Source: an uncultured Gammaproteobacteria bacterium (GTDB lineage: Bacteria; Pseudomonadota; Gammaproteobacteria; GCA-002705445; GCA-002716945). Taken from it: a stretch of 56,228 nt of DNA. The stretch is from NCBI GenBank assembly GCA_913048065.1, contig CAJWVG010000002.1:1-56228 (forward strand). The letters are read 5' to 3'. Made by a program: the position numbers and the translations under genes. Every line of letters starts with the position of its first letter. Position 1 is the first letter of the stretch. This document shows, piece after piece, positions 39,380-49,834 of the stretch. The notes under the pieces were generated by a model. It made no database searches. It was not told the origin of the DNA and worked only from the letters and a program-made list of their open reading frames with translations.

Positions 39380-40384
39380 ATGAGTAATAAAATCATTTTC
39401 TCTGGTGTACAACCTTCAGGTGAAATACATTTGGGTAATTATTTAGGAGCTATTACTCAATTCGTAAAAAATCAAGATAGTTATAGCAGCATATTCTCAA
39501 TTGTAGATTTACATGCAATTACATTGCCTCAAGATCCTGACCTATTGCTTCAGAGAAGTAGAGAGGTATTGGCGATATTTTTAGCTTCTGGCTTAAGTCA
39601 TACTAAAAATATCATATTCAAACAATCAGAGGTTCCTGAGCATACTCAATTATCTTGGATATTGAGCTGCACCGCAAGAATTGGTTGGTTAAATAGGATG
39701 ACTCAATTTAAAGATAAGGCAGGCAAAAATAGAGAAAATGCATCTGTTGGACTGTACACTTACCCAATTTTAATGGCCGCAGATATCTTACTTTATAAAG
39801 CTACACATGTACCTGTAGGTGATGACCAAAAACAACATCTTGAGTTAGCAAGAGATATAGCTCACAAATTCAATACTGATTATAAAAGTAATTTTTTTAT
39901 TCTCCCAGAACCCTTGATTAATAAATCATCTATGAGAATTATGAGCCTGAGAGATGGTTCAAAAAAAATGAGTAAATCTGATATATCGGATTACTCAAGA
40001 GTTTTAATGACTGATAGTAATGATGAAATCCATAAAAAAATCAAAAAGGCTAAAACTGATTCAATGAAAATGCCTGATAGTCTCGAAGAGGCCGAGTCAA
40101 GACTCGAGATTAATAATTTATTAAATATATACTGCGCTTGTAGAAATCAAGATAAAAAAACTACAATCGCAAGCTATGCATCAAAAGAAATATCTGTCTT
40201 TAAGAAAGACTTAGCTGAATCGATAATTTCAGTAGTGGAACCTATCTCAATGGAAACTAACAAATTACTAGATGATCATAATTACTTAGATAAAGTCTTA
40301 TCCGAGGGTGCCTTAAATGCACGTAAAATAAGTAGAAAAAACCTTTCCGAACTATATGCATTAATTGGTATGATTAAAAGATAG
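39380..40384 (+). CDS. trpS: tryptophan--tRNA ligase
   Basis: 'GVQPSGEIHLGNY' and 'KMSKS'. Confidence 0.96.
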   Translation: MSNKIIFSGVQPSGEIHLGNYLGAITQFVKNQDSYSSIFSIVDLHAITLPQDPDLLLQRSREVLAIFLASGLSHTKNIIFKQSEVPEHTQLSWILSCTARIGWLNRMTQFKDKAGKNRENASVGLYTYPILMAADILLYKATHVPVGDDQKQHLELARDIAHKFNTDYKSNFFILPEPLINKSSMRIMSLRDGSKKMSKSDISDYSRVLMTDSNDEIHKKIKKAKTDSMKMPDSLEEAESRLEINNLLNIYCACRNQDKKTTIASYASKEISVFKKDLAESIISVVEPISMETNKLLDDHNYLDKVLSEGALNARKISRKNLSELYALIGMIKR

Positions 40385-40387
40385 AAT

Positions 40388-41173
40388 ATGTTAGATACAA
40401 ATAAAAATAATTTAATAATATTAAATGGTACAACAATTACTGATATACCAGACGATTTATTTATACCACCTGATGCTCTGAGGGTTATATTAGAACAATT
40501 TGAAGGACCACTTGATTTGCTCCTATATTTAATTAAAAAACAAAATATTGACGTGGTTGATATCCCAATTTTGCCTATTACTAATCAATATGTTGAGTAT
40601 ATTAACCTAATGCAGCAAATGCATTTTGAATTAGCGTCAGATTATTTAGTTATGGCATCTACACTTGCTGAAATTAAATCAAAAATGTTAGTTCCTAATG
40701 AAAATGATGAAGATGAAGAAGATGATCCGCGAGCAAATTTGATTAAAAGATTAATGGAATATCAAAAATATAAAGAACTTTCTCTAAAGCTAGATGATGC
40801 ACCACGCTTAAACAGAGATACTTTCGTTGTATCTGGTATCTTGGCCAAATTTGAAAGGAAAGATGATGCTCCATCTATTGATTTATCGCAGTTAGAATTA
40901 GCTTTTCAAGAAGTTCTCAGAAGAGCAGAAATATTCGCGTCCCACAATATACAATCAGAAACATTATCTGTTAGAGAAAGAATGTCGCTAATATTAGATA
41001 GCATAAAGGAAAATGGAACTATAAAATTCATTGACTGTTTTACTCATAAAGAGGGTAAAATGGGTGCAATTGTCACATTTCTAGCTATTTTAGAAATGGT
41101 CAAAGAAAGTTTAATCGATATTATACAAAATGAGGATTACTCGATGATTTATTTACAATCTAGTGCTTCATGA
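40388..41173 (+). CDS. scpA: segregation and condensation protein A
   Basis: 'FEGPLDLLLYLIKKQNIDV'. Followed by scpB with an ATGA overlap. Confidence 0.88.
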   Translation: MLDTNKNNLIILNGTTITDIPDDLFIPPDALRVILEQFEGPLDLLLYLIKKQNIDVVDIPILPITNQYVEYINLMQQMHFELASDYLVMASTLAEIKSKMLVPNENDEDEEDDPRANLIKRLMEYQKYKELSLKLDDAPRLNRDTFVVSGILAKFERKDDAPSIDLSQLELAFQEVLRRAEIFASHNIQSETLSVRERMSLILDSIKENGTIKFIDCFTHKEGKMGAIVTFLAILEMVKESLIDIIQNEDYSMIYLQSSAS

Positions 41174-41697
41174 GTCAGTCTAAACCTCTACATTTAATAA
41201 TTGAAAGCGCCCTTATGGCCGCACATGAGCCATTAAGTCTGCAAGATATTGCAAATCTATTTGATGAAAAAAAACCATCTAAAAATCAAATAAAGAAAGC
41301 AATTGAAGAATTAAACCTAAGTTATAAGAAAAATTCTTTTGAAGTAATATTAGTAGCTAGTGGATATAGAATACAAATAAAAAATGGTTTTGATACATGG
41401 TTAAGTAAACTTAACAAACAGTCATCTACGCGATACTCAAAAGCTTTTTTAGAAACATTGGTGATTATTGCATATAAGCAACCTGTAACTAGAGGAGATA
41501 TTGAAGAAATAAGAGGAGTTACTGTTAATCCTCAAATAATAAGAAATTTAATCGAGTTTGAATGGATTAAAGTTGTTGGACATAAAGAATCGCCCGGAAA
41601 ACCAGAATTATTGGCCACAACCAAAAAATTTTTAGATTATTTTAACTTAACCTCACTTAGTGATTTACCACCACCTGGAGAGATGGAGGTTCAATAA
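41170..41697 (+). CDS. scpB: segregation and condensation protein B
   Basis: 'LETLVIIAYKQPVTRGDIEEIRGV' winged-helix motif. Confidence 0.88.
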   Translation: MSQSKPLHLIIESALMAAHEPLSLQDIANLFDEKKPSKNQIKKAIEELNLSYKKNSFEVILVASGYRIQIKNGFDTWLSKLNKQSSTRYSKAFLETLVIIAYKQPVTRGDIEEIRGVTVNPQIIRNLIEFEWIKVVGHKESPGKPELLATTKKFLDYFNLTSLSDLPPPGEMEVQ

Positions 41698-42198
41698 CTA
41701 CTCTCTCAACCTAGGCATTAGCATTACTAGATTACATGGTTTTGTCATGCTATTTAATTGATACTGTATTATTTCATTCCATGCTGTTGAACAAGCATCA
41801 ACAGAGCCAGGTAGTACAAAGATAAATTTCGAATTAGCTACACCAGCCAGCGATCTTGTTTGAAGACTAGATGTTTTTATTTTATTAAATGATAATGATC
41901 TAAACAATTCTCCAAATCCCTCAATCTCTTTATCTAATAGAACTTTTATAGCTTCCGGTGTTCCATCTCTTCCAGTTATGCCAGTTCCACCGCTGGTAAT
42001 AATAACATCTACTTTTTTATCTATAAGATACTTTGAAACAACATGTCTAATTCTATAAATATCATCTGGAACAATTATTTTATCCAAAACTTTATGCCCT
42101 GATATAGTGATTAATTTTTTTAATAATTTACCTGATTTATCAGTAGCAGTTGTTCTTGTATCTGATACGATAATTACTATTATGTTTAATTTTTTCAT
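41698..42198 (-). CDS. moaB: molybdenum cofactor biosynthesis protein B (MoaB/MogA fold)
   Basis: 'TSGGTGITGRDGTPEA'. Start placed at 'MKKLNIIV' (ATG 42198). The 25-aa ORF-track extension is AT-rich read-through. Confidence 0.85.
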   Translation of the reverse strand: MKKLNIIVIIVSDTRTTATDKSGKLLKKLITISGHKVLDKIIVPDDIYRIRHVVSKYLIDKKVDVIITSGGTGITGRDGTPEAIKVLLDKEIEGFGELFRSLSFNKIKTSSLQTRSLAGVANSKFIFVLPGSVDACSTAWNEIIQYQLNSMTKPCNLVMLMPRLRE

Positions 42199-42245
42199 AT
42201 TATCTAAATTCATTATTAAAACTAATATAATAAATATTTCATAAA

Positions 42246-42971
42246 ATGTATAGAGTACAAAAGATATTATCAATGATTGGAGTGCTATCCAGAAGAGAGT
42301 GTGAAAAATATATCAAACAAGGATTGATAAAAATTAACAATTCTATTGCTACTCTGGGTTCAAAAGTTGCTATTGATGATAAAATAACTTTCAATCAAAA
42401 AGAATATCAGGTGACAGAAGAATTAATAAATTCTGAAATTGAGATTTTAGTTTATAACAAGCCAGTAGGGTATATTGTGACACGTAGAGATACGGCTAAA
42501 CGCAAAACTGTTTTTGACAATCTTCCTAATATCAATGGCAGATGGATTAATGTTGGGAGATTAGATGTCAAAACCTCAGGCTTACTCTTATTTACAAATA
42601 ATGGTGATATTGCAAATAAACTAATGCACCCTTCCTCAAATATTATTAGAACATATGAAGTAGTAATAAATGGTAATTTTAATAAATCAAAACAGAATGA
42701 ATGTTTATCAGGGGTAAAGATTGGATTATCAGAAACAGGAAAGTTTTCTAAAATTTCTCAAACTCGTTATGATAATGGAACTTATAAAGTCAGTTTGACC
42801 ACAGGAAAGAACCGCGAAGTCAGAAGGGTTTTTCAGGCTGTTAATTGTAAAGTATTTTCTCTCAAAAGAATAAAGTACTCAACTGTTCATTTGAATAACT
42901 TAAGAGAAGGTAACTATAAATTTTTAGATAGTACTGAAAAGAATTTATTGCTCAAAGACTTGCATCAATAG
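42246..42971 (+). CDS. rluB: 23S rRNA pseudouridine synthase RluB
   Basis: N-terminal S4 domain and 'GRLDVKTSGLLLFTNNG'. scpAB-rluB synteny. Confidence 0.88.
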   Translation: MYRVQKILSMIGVLSRRECEKYIKQGLIKINNSIATLGSKVAIDDKITFNQKEYQVTEELINSEIEILVYNKPVGYIVTRRDTAKRKTVFDNLPNINGRWINVGRLDVKTSGLLLFTNNGDIANKLMHPSSNIIRTYEVVINGNFNKSKQNECLSGVKIGLSETGKFSKISQTRYDNGTYKVSLTTGKNREVRRVFQAVNCKVFSLKRIKYSTVHLNNLREGNYKFLDSTEKNLLLKDLHQ

Positions 42972-42982
42972 GAAAAATATTA

Positions 42983-43486
42983 CTATCTTTTGAGTATTAG
43001 ATAAGTAGCGCCATGGCCTCCATCTTTTTTATTGGCTGAGCTTGCAGCTAACACATGAGGTGAATTAGTTAAAATCTTTTCAACAAGTTTTTTTATAGGT
43101 GCTATACCATCTTTATTATTTAGGCCTTTGCCATGAATAATAAGGAGATATTTTGCATTATTCTTATAACTATATTCTAAGAAATTATTAATTTGTATTT
43201 CAGCTTCAATTATAGTAAAGCCATGAAGATCAAGAATTTCAGATGAATTAAAATTATATTTTAGAGATTTAAGTTGAGTAAAAATCTTATTTTGTAGCCC
43301 ATCTTTTTTATGTAAAAAAATTTCATCACCACCACCATCATGTAAACCATCATGACTAACATTGGTATCTATATACTCTTTTTCATGAGATATATCTCCA
43401 TCTTTTTTTTCACTTAAGACTTTATCTAGGTCAATATTAGATTCAGATAATAACTTTTTAAATTCTGATTCGTTTTCATCTTTCAT
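42983..43486 (-). CDS. Smr-domain protein
   Basis: C-terminal Smr domain 'LDLHGFT...IIHGKG'. Confidence 0.8.
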   Translation of the reverse strand: MKDENESEFKKLLSESNIDLDKVLSEKKDGDISHEKEYIDTNVSHDGLHDGGGDEIFLHKKDGLQNKIFTQLKSLKYNFNSSEILDLHGFTIIEAEIQINNFLEYSYKNNAKYLLIIHGKGLNNKDGIAPIKKLVEKILTNSPHVLAASSANKKDGGHGATYLILKR

Positions 43487-43550
43487 ATATTTTTATGCTA
43501 ATTAGTTATTATTTAAGTATAATAGAAATATAAATTATTATTAATCTTTA

Positions 43551-44288
43551 ATGAAAATATTATTATCAAATGATGATGGTTATAACCAACCGGGCATAAG
43601 AATACTTGAAGAAATTCTTAAAGATTACGGCGATGTAACTGTAGCAGCTCCTCATAAAAACATGAGCGCATGCAGTAGCGCTCTTTCTGTACATTCAATG
43701 GTAGATGTAAAACAAATAGATACTAAGCATTATAAAATAAAGGGAACACCTGCGGATTGTATACATATAGTGTCACGGGGTTTAATGAGAAATCTCCCTG
43801 ATATTGTTATTTCGGGCATTAACTATGGAAGTAACCTTGGTGATGATGTAATTTATTCTGGAACTGTAGCTGCTGCTATTGAAGGTAGATTTTGTAAATA
43901 TGCCCCATTTGCCATATCTATTACATCTAAGAAACCAAAATATACTGATGATTTAAAAGAAAAAATTAATTTTTTATTTAATCATCTATTCAAAAAAAAA
44001 TATAAAAATAAAAATATCTATAATATTAATATCCCAGATATCCCATTTTCTAAAATCAAAGGAATAAAATATACTATTTTAGGAAATAGACAAATTTCAA
44101 AAAAACCTATTATCATTAAAAATAAAAATACTATATCTGCCGAAATTGGACCTGTTGGAAATTCAGTAAAATCAACTAAAAACACTGATTTTAAAGCAAT
44201 ACAGGATAAATATATTTCTATAACACCATTAACCACGAATATGTATGATTCAAAAAAAATTATTAATACAATTAAACTGAAAAAATAA
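43551..44288 (+). CDS. surE: 5'/3'-nucleotidase SurE
   Basis: 'ILLSNDDGY' and 'GINYGSNLGDDVIYSGTV'. Confidence 0.93.
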   Translation: MKILLSNDDGYNQPGIRILEEILKDYGDVTVAAPHKNMSACSSALSVHSMVDVKQIDTKHYKIKGTPADCIHIVSRGLMRNLPDIVISGINYGSNLGDDVIYSGTVAAAIEGRFCKYAPFAISITSKKPKYTDDLKEKINFLFNHLFKKKYKNKNIYNINIPDIPFSKIKGIKYTILGNRQISKKPIIIKNKNTISAEIGPVGNSVKSTKNTDFKAIQDKYISITPLTTNMYDSKKIINTIKLKK

Positions 44289-44303
44289 GCTATCATTATA
44301 TTC

Positions 44304-44948
44304 ATGAGTAAAGATATAATTTCTTCAGATCAACAAAATTTAATTCTAAGTCGCTTAAAAAGTCAAGGCATCACAGATACTTCGGTTTTAGATATAATGT
44401 CAACTATGCCAAGACACTTATTTATTGAGCCAGCATTAAAAAATAGAGCATATGACGATGATGCATTACCAATTGGATTCAGCCAAACTATTTCCTCGCC
44501 TTATATAGTTGCTAAGATGACACAATTATTGATGGAGGAGGACAATATGGGAAAAGTATTAGAGATTGGTACTGGCTGTGGCTATCAGTCAGCTATACTA
44601 GCTAAGCTTTTTACGCATGTCACTACAATTGAAAGAATAAAACCATTACAACAAAAAACAGAGAATCTTCTAAAAAAATTAGAATATAAAAATATTAAAT
44701 TCGTATATGGTGATGGTTTTGATGGCTATTATGCTAATGCACCCTACGATGCAATCATAATGACCGCTTCTCCTTCAGATATCCCAGAGAAGCTAGTTAG
44801 CCAATTAACTTCAAACGGGAGAATGGTGTTGCCGCTTAATATGAATGGCAAACAGAAGCTATTTAGAGTAAAAAATACAAAAAATGGAGTATTTAAAAAA
44901 GAGGTTGATGATGTTTTATTTGTACCGATGCTTGAAGGGGTTATTTAA
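44304..44948 (+). CDS. pcm: protein-L-isoaspartate O-methyltransferase
   Basis: SAM motif 'VLEIGTGCGYQSA'. surE-pcm synteny. Confidence 0.93.
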   Translation: MSKDIISSDQQNLILSRLKSQGITDTSVLDIMSTMPRHLFIEPALKNRAYDDDALPIGFSQTISSPYIVAKMTQLLMEEDNMGKVLEIGTGCGYQSAILAKLFTHVTTIERIKPLQQKTENLLKKLEYKNIKFVYGDGFDGYYANAPYDAIIMTASPSDIPEKLVSQLTSNGRMVLPLNMNGKQKLFRVKNTKNGVFKKEVDDVLFVPMLEGVI

Positions 44949-45499
44949 TGATGTACAACTATTTGAGAGATAAATTACTATTATTCAAGTCTAAAAAAAT
45001 ATTAGGTTTTCTGAGTTTTATAGAATCAATATTTTTTCCTATTCCTACTGATGTTTTACTAATACCGATGTCTATGTCTAAATCTTATAAATGGATTGAT
45101 TTAGCTTTTCTTACAACAGTTACATCAGTACTAGGTGGAGTTGTAGGATATTTTCTTGGCGTATTCTTATTTAATGAAATTAATCCTTATATTATAGAAT
45201 ATGGTTATTTAGAAGAATTTAATCAATCAAAAAATTTATTTATAGAATATGGGGTTATAATACTTTTTATATCAAGCTTTACGCCTCTACCTTATAAAAT
45301 ATTCGTTATTACGGCAGGCTTGCTTTCATTAAATATTTTTCTTTTTATATTAGTTTCATTAATTGGCAGAGGTATGAGATTTTTTTTAGTTGCATATATT
45401 GCTGAACGCTATGGTGACCCTATTCTTTATTATCTGAATAAATATTTTCTATGGTTATCTTTCGTAATATTATTATTATTTGTAATAATTAAATTATAG
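44948..45499 (+). CDS. YqaA-family (DedA/SNARE-associated superfamily) membrane protein
   Basis: 'IESIFFPIPTDVLLIPM'. 4-5 TM helices. Confidence 0.75.
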   Translation: MMYNYLRDKLLLFKSKKILGFLSFIESIFFPIPTDVLLIPMSMSKSYKWIDLAFLTTVTSVLGGVVGYFLGVFLFNEINPYIIEYGYLEEFNQSKNLFIEYGVIILFISSFTPLPYKIFVITAGLLSLNIFLFILVSLIGRGMRFFLVAYIAERYGDPILYYLNKYFLWLSFVILLLFVIIKL

Positions 45500-45859
45500 C
45501 AATAAACCAGCAGCTATGTTTCTATTCTCGGATGCAAGCACATTATATGTTTTACAAGCTGACTCAGTTATCATAAACTCAATACCAATATTTTTTTTAT
45601 GAATTTCATGGATTAATTTATTATCAGGCATAATTAATTTTGTGCCAGTACCTATGATTATAATTTCGGGGTTTGCCATTAAAATCTCCTTATAATACTC
45701 GTGAGTTGAGATTTTTAAACTTGTGATTTCCCATTTAGTTATATTTGAATTTATAATCATAATATTGTTTTCAAATACTTTATCATTGATATAAATCTTA
45801 TGGTTTTCATAGTTTTTTATGAAAACATCAGATTTGTTAGTTTGAAGAGTAAGTTTCAT
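45494..45859 (-). CDS. Mth938-like (DUF498) domain protein
   Basis: 121 aa. 'PEIIIIGTG' and the C-terminal 'YNVLASENR.IAAGL' pattern typical of DUF498. Confidence 0.65.
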   Translation of the reverse strand: MKLTLQTNKSDVFIKNYENHKIYINDKVFENNIMIINSNITKWEITSLKISTHEYYKEILMANPEIIIIGTGTKLIMPDNKLIHEIHKKNIGIEFMITESACKTYNVLASENRNIAAGLLL

Positions 45860-45921
45860 AATAATAAGAATTATAGATTAATTAATGATAATATATAGTT
45901 TTTTATACAGAAGGAGTAAGT

Positions 45922-47220
45922 ATGTTGAGGATTGGAGTATGCGGATTAGGAACTGTAGGCCAAAGTTTTTTGCGTCATATCACTGAGCATCAAAGTAAAA
46001 TTCGCTCAAATGTATCTGTTGATTTTGAGATTAGCATGATAGCTGATAGATCAATTAAATCCAAGAAATATCCAAAAAACATCGCTGTCACTAATAATAT
46101 TTTGGATATGGCTTCTAGTTCTGATGTAGATATTATTGTTGAACTAGTTGGTGGTATTGATGCCTCATATGAATTATTAAAGAATGCCATAAATAATGGC
46201 AAACATATCATAACTGCCAACAAAGCCTTGATAGCTGAGCATGGTGATGAGCTATTTAGTCTTGCAAAAAAGAACAATATATACCTTGGTTTTGAAGCAT
46301 CTGTTGCCGGAGCTATTCCAATAATTAAGACTTTATCAAATAGTATGGCTAACGAAGAGATTTTATCTTTAGCAGGTATTATTAATGGGACATGTAATTA
46401 TATATTGGATCAAATGTCATCTTATAATTTAGATTTTAATGATGCTTTAGATGAAGCAAAAAAACTTGGATATGCAGAGGCAGATCCAACCTTTGATATC
46501 AATGGAATGGATGCAGCCCATAAGATATCCATATTAACTTCTTTGGTTTACAAGGTAGCTTCACCTTTGAAGCATATCTATATTGAAGGAATTGAAAACA
46601 TTACACCAATGGATATGATATACGCTAAAGAGCTTGGTTATTGCATCAAACACTTAGGCATAACAAAAAAAGATGGTGACTTTATTGAGTCAAGAGTACA
46701 TCCGGTACTAGTCCCAATAGATAATGTTTTCTCAAAAATTAATGGAGTAAAAAACTCTATATTAATTAATGGTGATAAATTTGGAACTTCGATGTTATAT
46801 GGTAATGGCGCAGGAGGAGATGCAACAGCTTCTGCTGTTATATCAGATTTAGTTGACGCGATTAATTATGTATCAAATGAGAATAAAACTAGCAATTATA
46901 GTATCGGTTCAATAGGAACAAGTTCTTTGCAAATTAAAAATAACAGCGATATTAGTAGCCCTTTCTACTTAAGAATTCACGCTGAAGATATTTCAGGTGT
47001 AATGGCGGAGATAACCAATATCTTGGCTTCAGAAGAAATAAGCATTGAAGCTGTAACACAGCATGAACCTAATGATGCTAATTCACTAATACCAATTGTA
47101 ATGATAACTAACGCAGTTAAAGGCTCGTTAATTGATGATGCAATTAAACAAATAGAACTATTAGAACATGTTAAAGACAAAGTTTATAAAATAAGAGTAT
47201 TTAAGATTGATGAAAAATAA
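45922..47220 (+). CDS. hom: homoserine dehydrogenase
   Basis: 'IGVCGLGTVG' NAD site, 'ITANKAL', C-terminal ACT domain. SD AAGGAG upstream. Confidence 0.94.
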   Translation: MLRIGVCGLGTVGQSFLRHITEHQSKIRSNVSVDFEISMIADRSIKSKKYPKNIAVTNNILDMASSSDVDIIVELVGGIDASYELLKNAINNGKHIITANKALIAEHGDELFSLAKKNNIYLGFEASVAGAIPIIKTLSNSMANEEILSLAGIINGTCNYILDQMSSYNLDFNDALDEAKKLGYAEADPTFDINGMDAAHKISILTSLVYKVASPLKHIYIEGIENITPMDMIYAKELGYCIKHLGITKKDGDFIESRVHPVLVPIDNVFSKINGVKNSILINGDKFGTSMLYGNGAGGDATASAVISDLVDAINYVSNENKTSNYSIGSIGTSSLQIKNNSDISSPFYLRIHAEDISGVMAEITNILASEEISIEAVTQHEPNDANSLIPIVMITNAVKGSLIDDAIKQIELLEHVKDKVYKIRVFKIDEK

Positions 47221-48604
47221 TATTAAATATTCTAGTACTAGAGGTAAAAGTGTGGAACTTCTTTTCAAAGATGTAATTTTTGAGGGACTAGCTCCTGATG
47301 GTGGATTGTATGTACCAGAGACATGGCCAAAGTTAGAGAAAAAAACTTTATCGAGATTTTCTGGTATGAGTTATCAACAAATTGCATTTGAAGTGATATC
47401 CCCCTATATTGATTCATCATTATCAGATGATGACTTAAAAAATATTATTGATAAGGCTTATTCTTCATTTGATCATCCTGAGATTACACCATTAAATAAA
47501 ATCAATGATAATAAATATTTATTAGAATTATTTCATGGACCAACTTATGCTTTTAAAGATGTTGCGATGCAATTCATATCACAACTAATGGGATTCTATC
47601 TCAAACAAGAAGATCGCTCTTTAAATATTTTAGGGGCTACATCTGGCGATACAGGTGCAGCTGCAATTGAAAGTTTTAAAAATATAAAATCTGTTAAAAT
47701 ATTTATACTACATCCCTATAATAAAATTTCAGAAGTACAACGTAAATTCATGACTACCATAAAATCAGATAACGTTTTTAACATTGCTGTTAAAGGTAGT
47801 TTTGATGATTGTCAAAATATCATAAAACAGATTTTTTCAGATCAATCTTATAAAAAAAATAATAATCTTACTGCGATAAACTCTATTAACTGGGCAAGAA
47901 TTATGTGTCAGATTGTATATTATTTTTATACGATTAGTAGACTGAAAACTACTGGTAAAAGAGTCTTATTCTCAGTCCCTACTGGTAATTTTGGAGATAT
48001 TCTAGCCGGTTATATTGCATTAAAAATGGGTTTAGATATAGATATGTTAAACATAGCTACCAATGAAAATGATATTCTCACAAGAACATTAACTTCAGGT
48101 GAACATGAGTTACGTAAGGTAAAAGAGACTACATCTCCTAGTATAGACATTCAAATATCTAGTAATTTTGAAAGATTATTGTTTGATATTAGTAAAGATA
48201 CTGAATATGTAAATAAATTAATGTCTGAACTCAAGAAAACAGGAACATATACTTTAAGTAATGACATAATAGATCAAATTAAAAACCATTTTTGTTCTTA
48301 TTCAGTATCCGAGGATGAAGTAAACAGAACTATAAGTGAAATTTATGAGAATCACAATATTATTTTAGATCCGCACACAGCAGTTGGATTTGCTTCTGCA
48401 GGTAAGTGCCCAGAAAATTATGATTTATCTATCACATTGTCAACAGCTCATCCTGCTAAATTCAAAGATACGGTTGAAAAATTGATTAGCAATGATTCAT
48501 TTGTCACAGAAAAAGTAAAAAAGCTTATGCAATCAGATGAACAGATGATTATCCTTGAAAATAATGCTACTGTAGTACAAGATTTTATTTCAAATAACAT
48601 GTAA
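47210..48604 (+). CDS. thrC: threonine synthase (long form)
   Basis: PLP-lysine motif 'YAFKDVAMQF'. 465 aa. hom-thrC synteny. Confidence 0.94.
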   Translation: MKNNIKYSSTRGKSVELLFKDVIFEGLAPDGGLYVPETWPKLEKKTLSRFSGMSYQQIAFEVISPYIDSSLSDDDLKNIIDKAYSSFDHPEITPLNKINDNKYLLELFHGPTYAFKDVAMQFISQLMGFYLKQEDRSLNILGATSGDTGAAAIESFKNIKSVKIFILHPYNKISEVQRKFMTTIKSDNVFNIAVKGSFDDCQNIIKQIFSDQSYKKNNNLTAINSINWARIMCQIVYYFYTISRLKTTGKRVLFSVPTGNFGDILAGYIALKMGLDIDMLNIATNENDILTRTLTSGEHELRKVKETTSPSIDIQISSNFERLLFDISKDTEYVNKLMSELKKTGTYTLSNDIIDQIKNHFCSYSVSEDEVNRTISEIYENHNIILDPHTAVGFASAGKCPENYDLSITLSTAHPAKFKDTVEKLISNDSFVTEKVKKLMQSDEQMIILENNATVVQDFISNNM

Positions 48605-48774
48605 TGAGAATAATAGTAATACTCCTAGGATTAATATTGGCGCTTTATTTCCTTAATAAGAAAGTATCGGAAAACTATGTGTTGATTAAAACACTACTCA
48701 GTTCTGCCGTGGCAATATTAAGTATAATTTTAATTATAATTATAATGTTGCATTTTACTGGAAGCGATATCTAA
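48604..48774 (+). CDS. candidate 56-aa two-TM membrane peptide (below the ORF-track cut-off)
   Basis: Hand translation gives MRIIVILLGLILALYFLNKKVSENYVLIKTLLSSAVAILSIILIIIIMLHFTGSDI. TAATG overlap with the thrC stop. It fills the whole thrC/trxB gap. No homology evidence. Confidence 0.35.
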   Translation: MRIIVILLGLILALYFLNKKVSENYVLIKTLLSSAVAILSIILIIIIMLHFTGSDI

Positions 48775-49737
<963 letters not shown>

Positions 49738-49792
49738 TTAATCTTATTTTTATAACAACAACTAAAGAATAATTAGGCTATCTTGGATAGAA

Positions 49793-49811
49793 AATACAAT
49801 AATATTGTATT
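49793..49811. promoter_or_regulatory. 19-bp perfect palindrome AATACAATA-A-TATTGTATT upstream of ftsK
   Basis: Read directly from the sequence. It ends 23 nt before the ftsK ATG, just upstream of the GAGG Shine-Dalgarno. Confidence 0.45.
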
Positions 49812-49834
49812 AGAATAAGAGAAAACGAGGGTTA

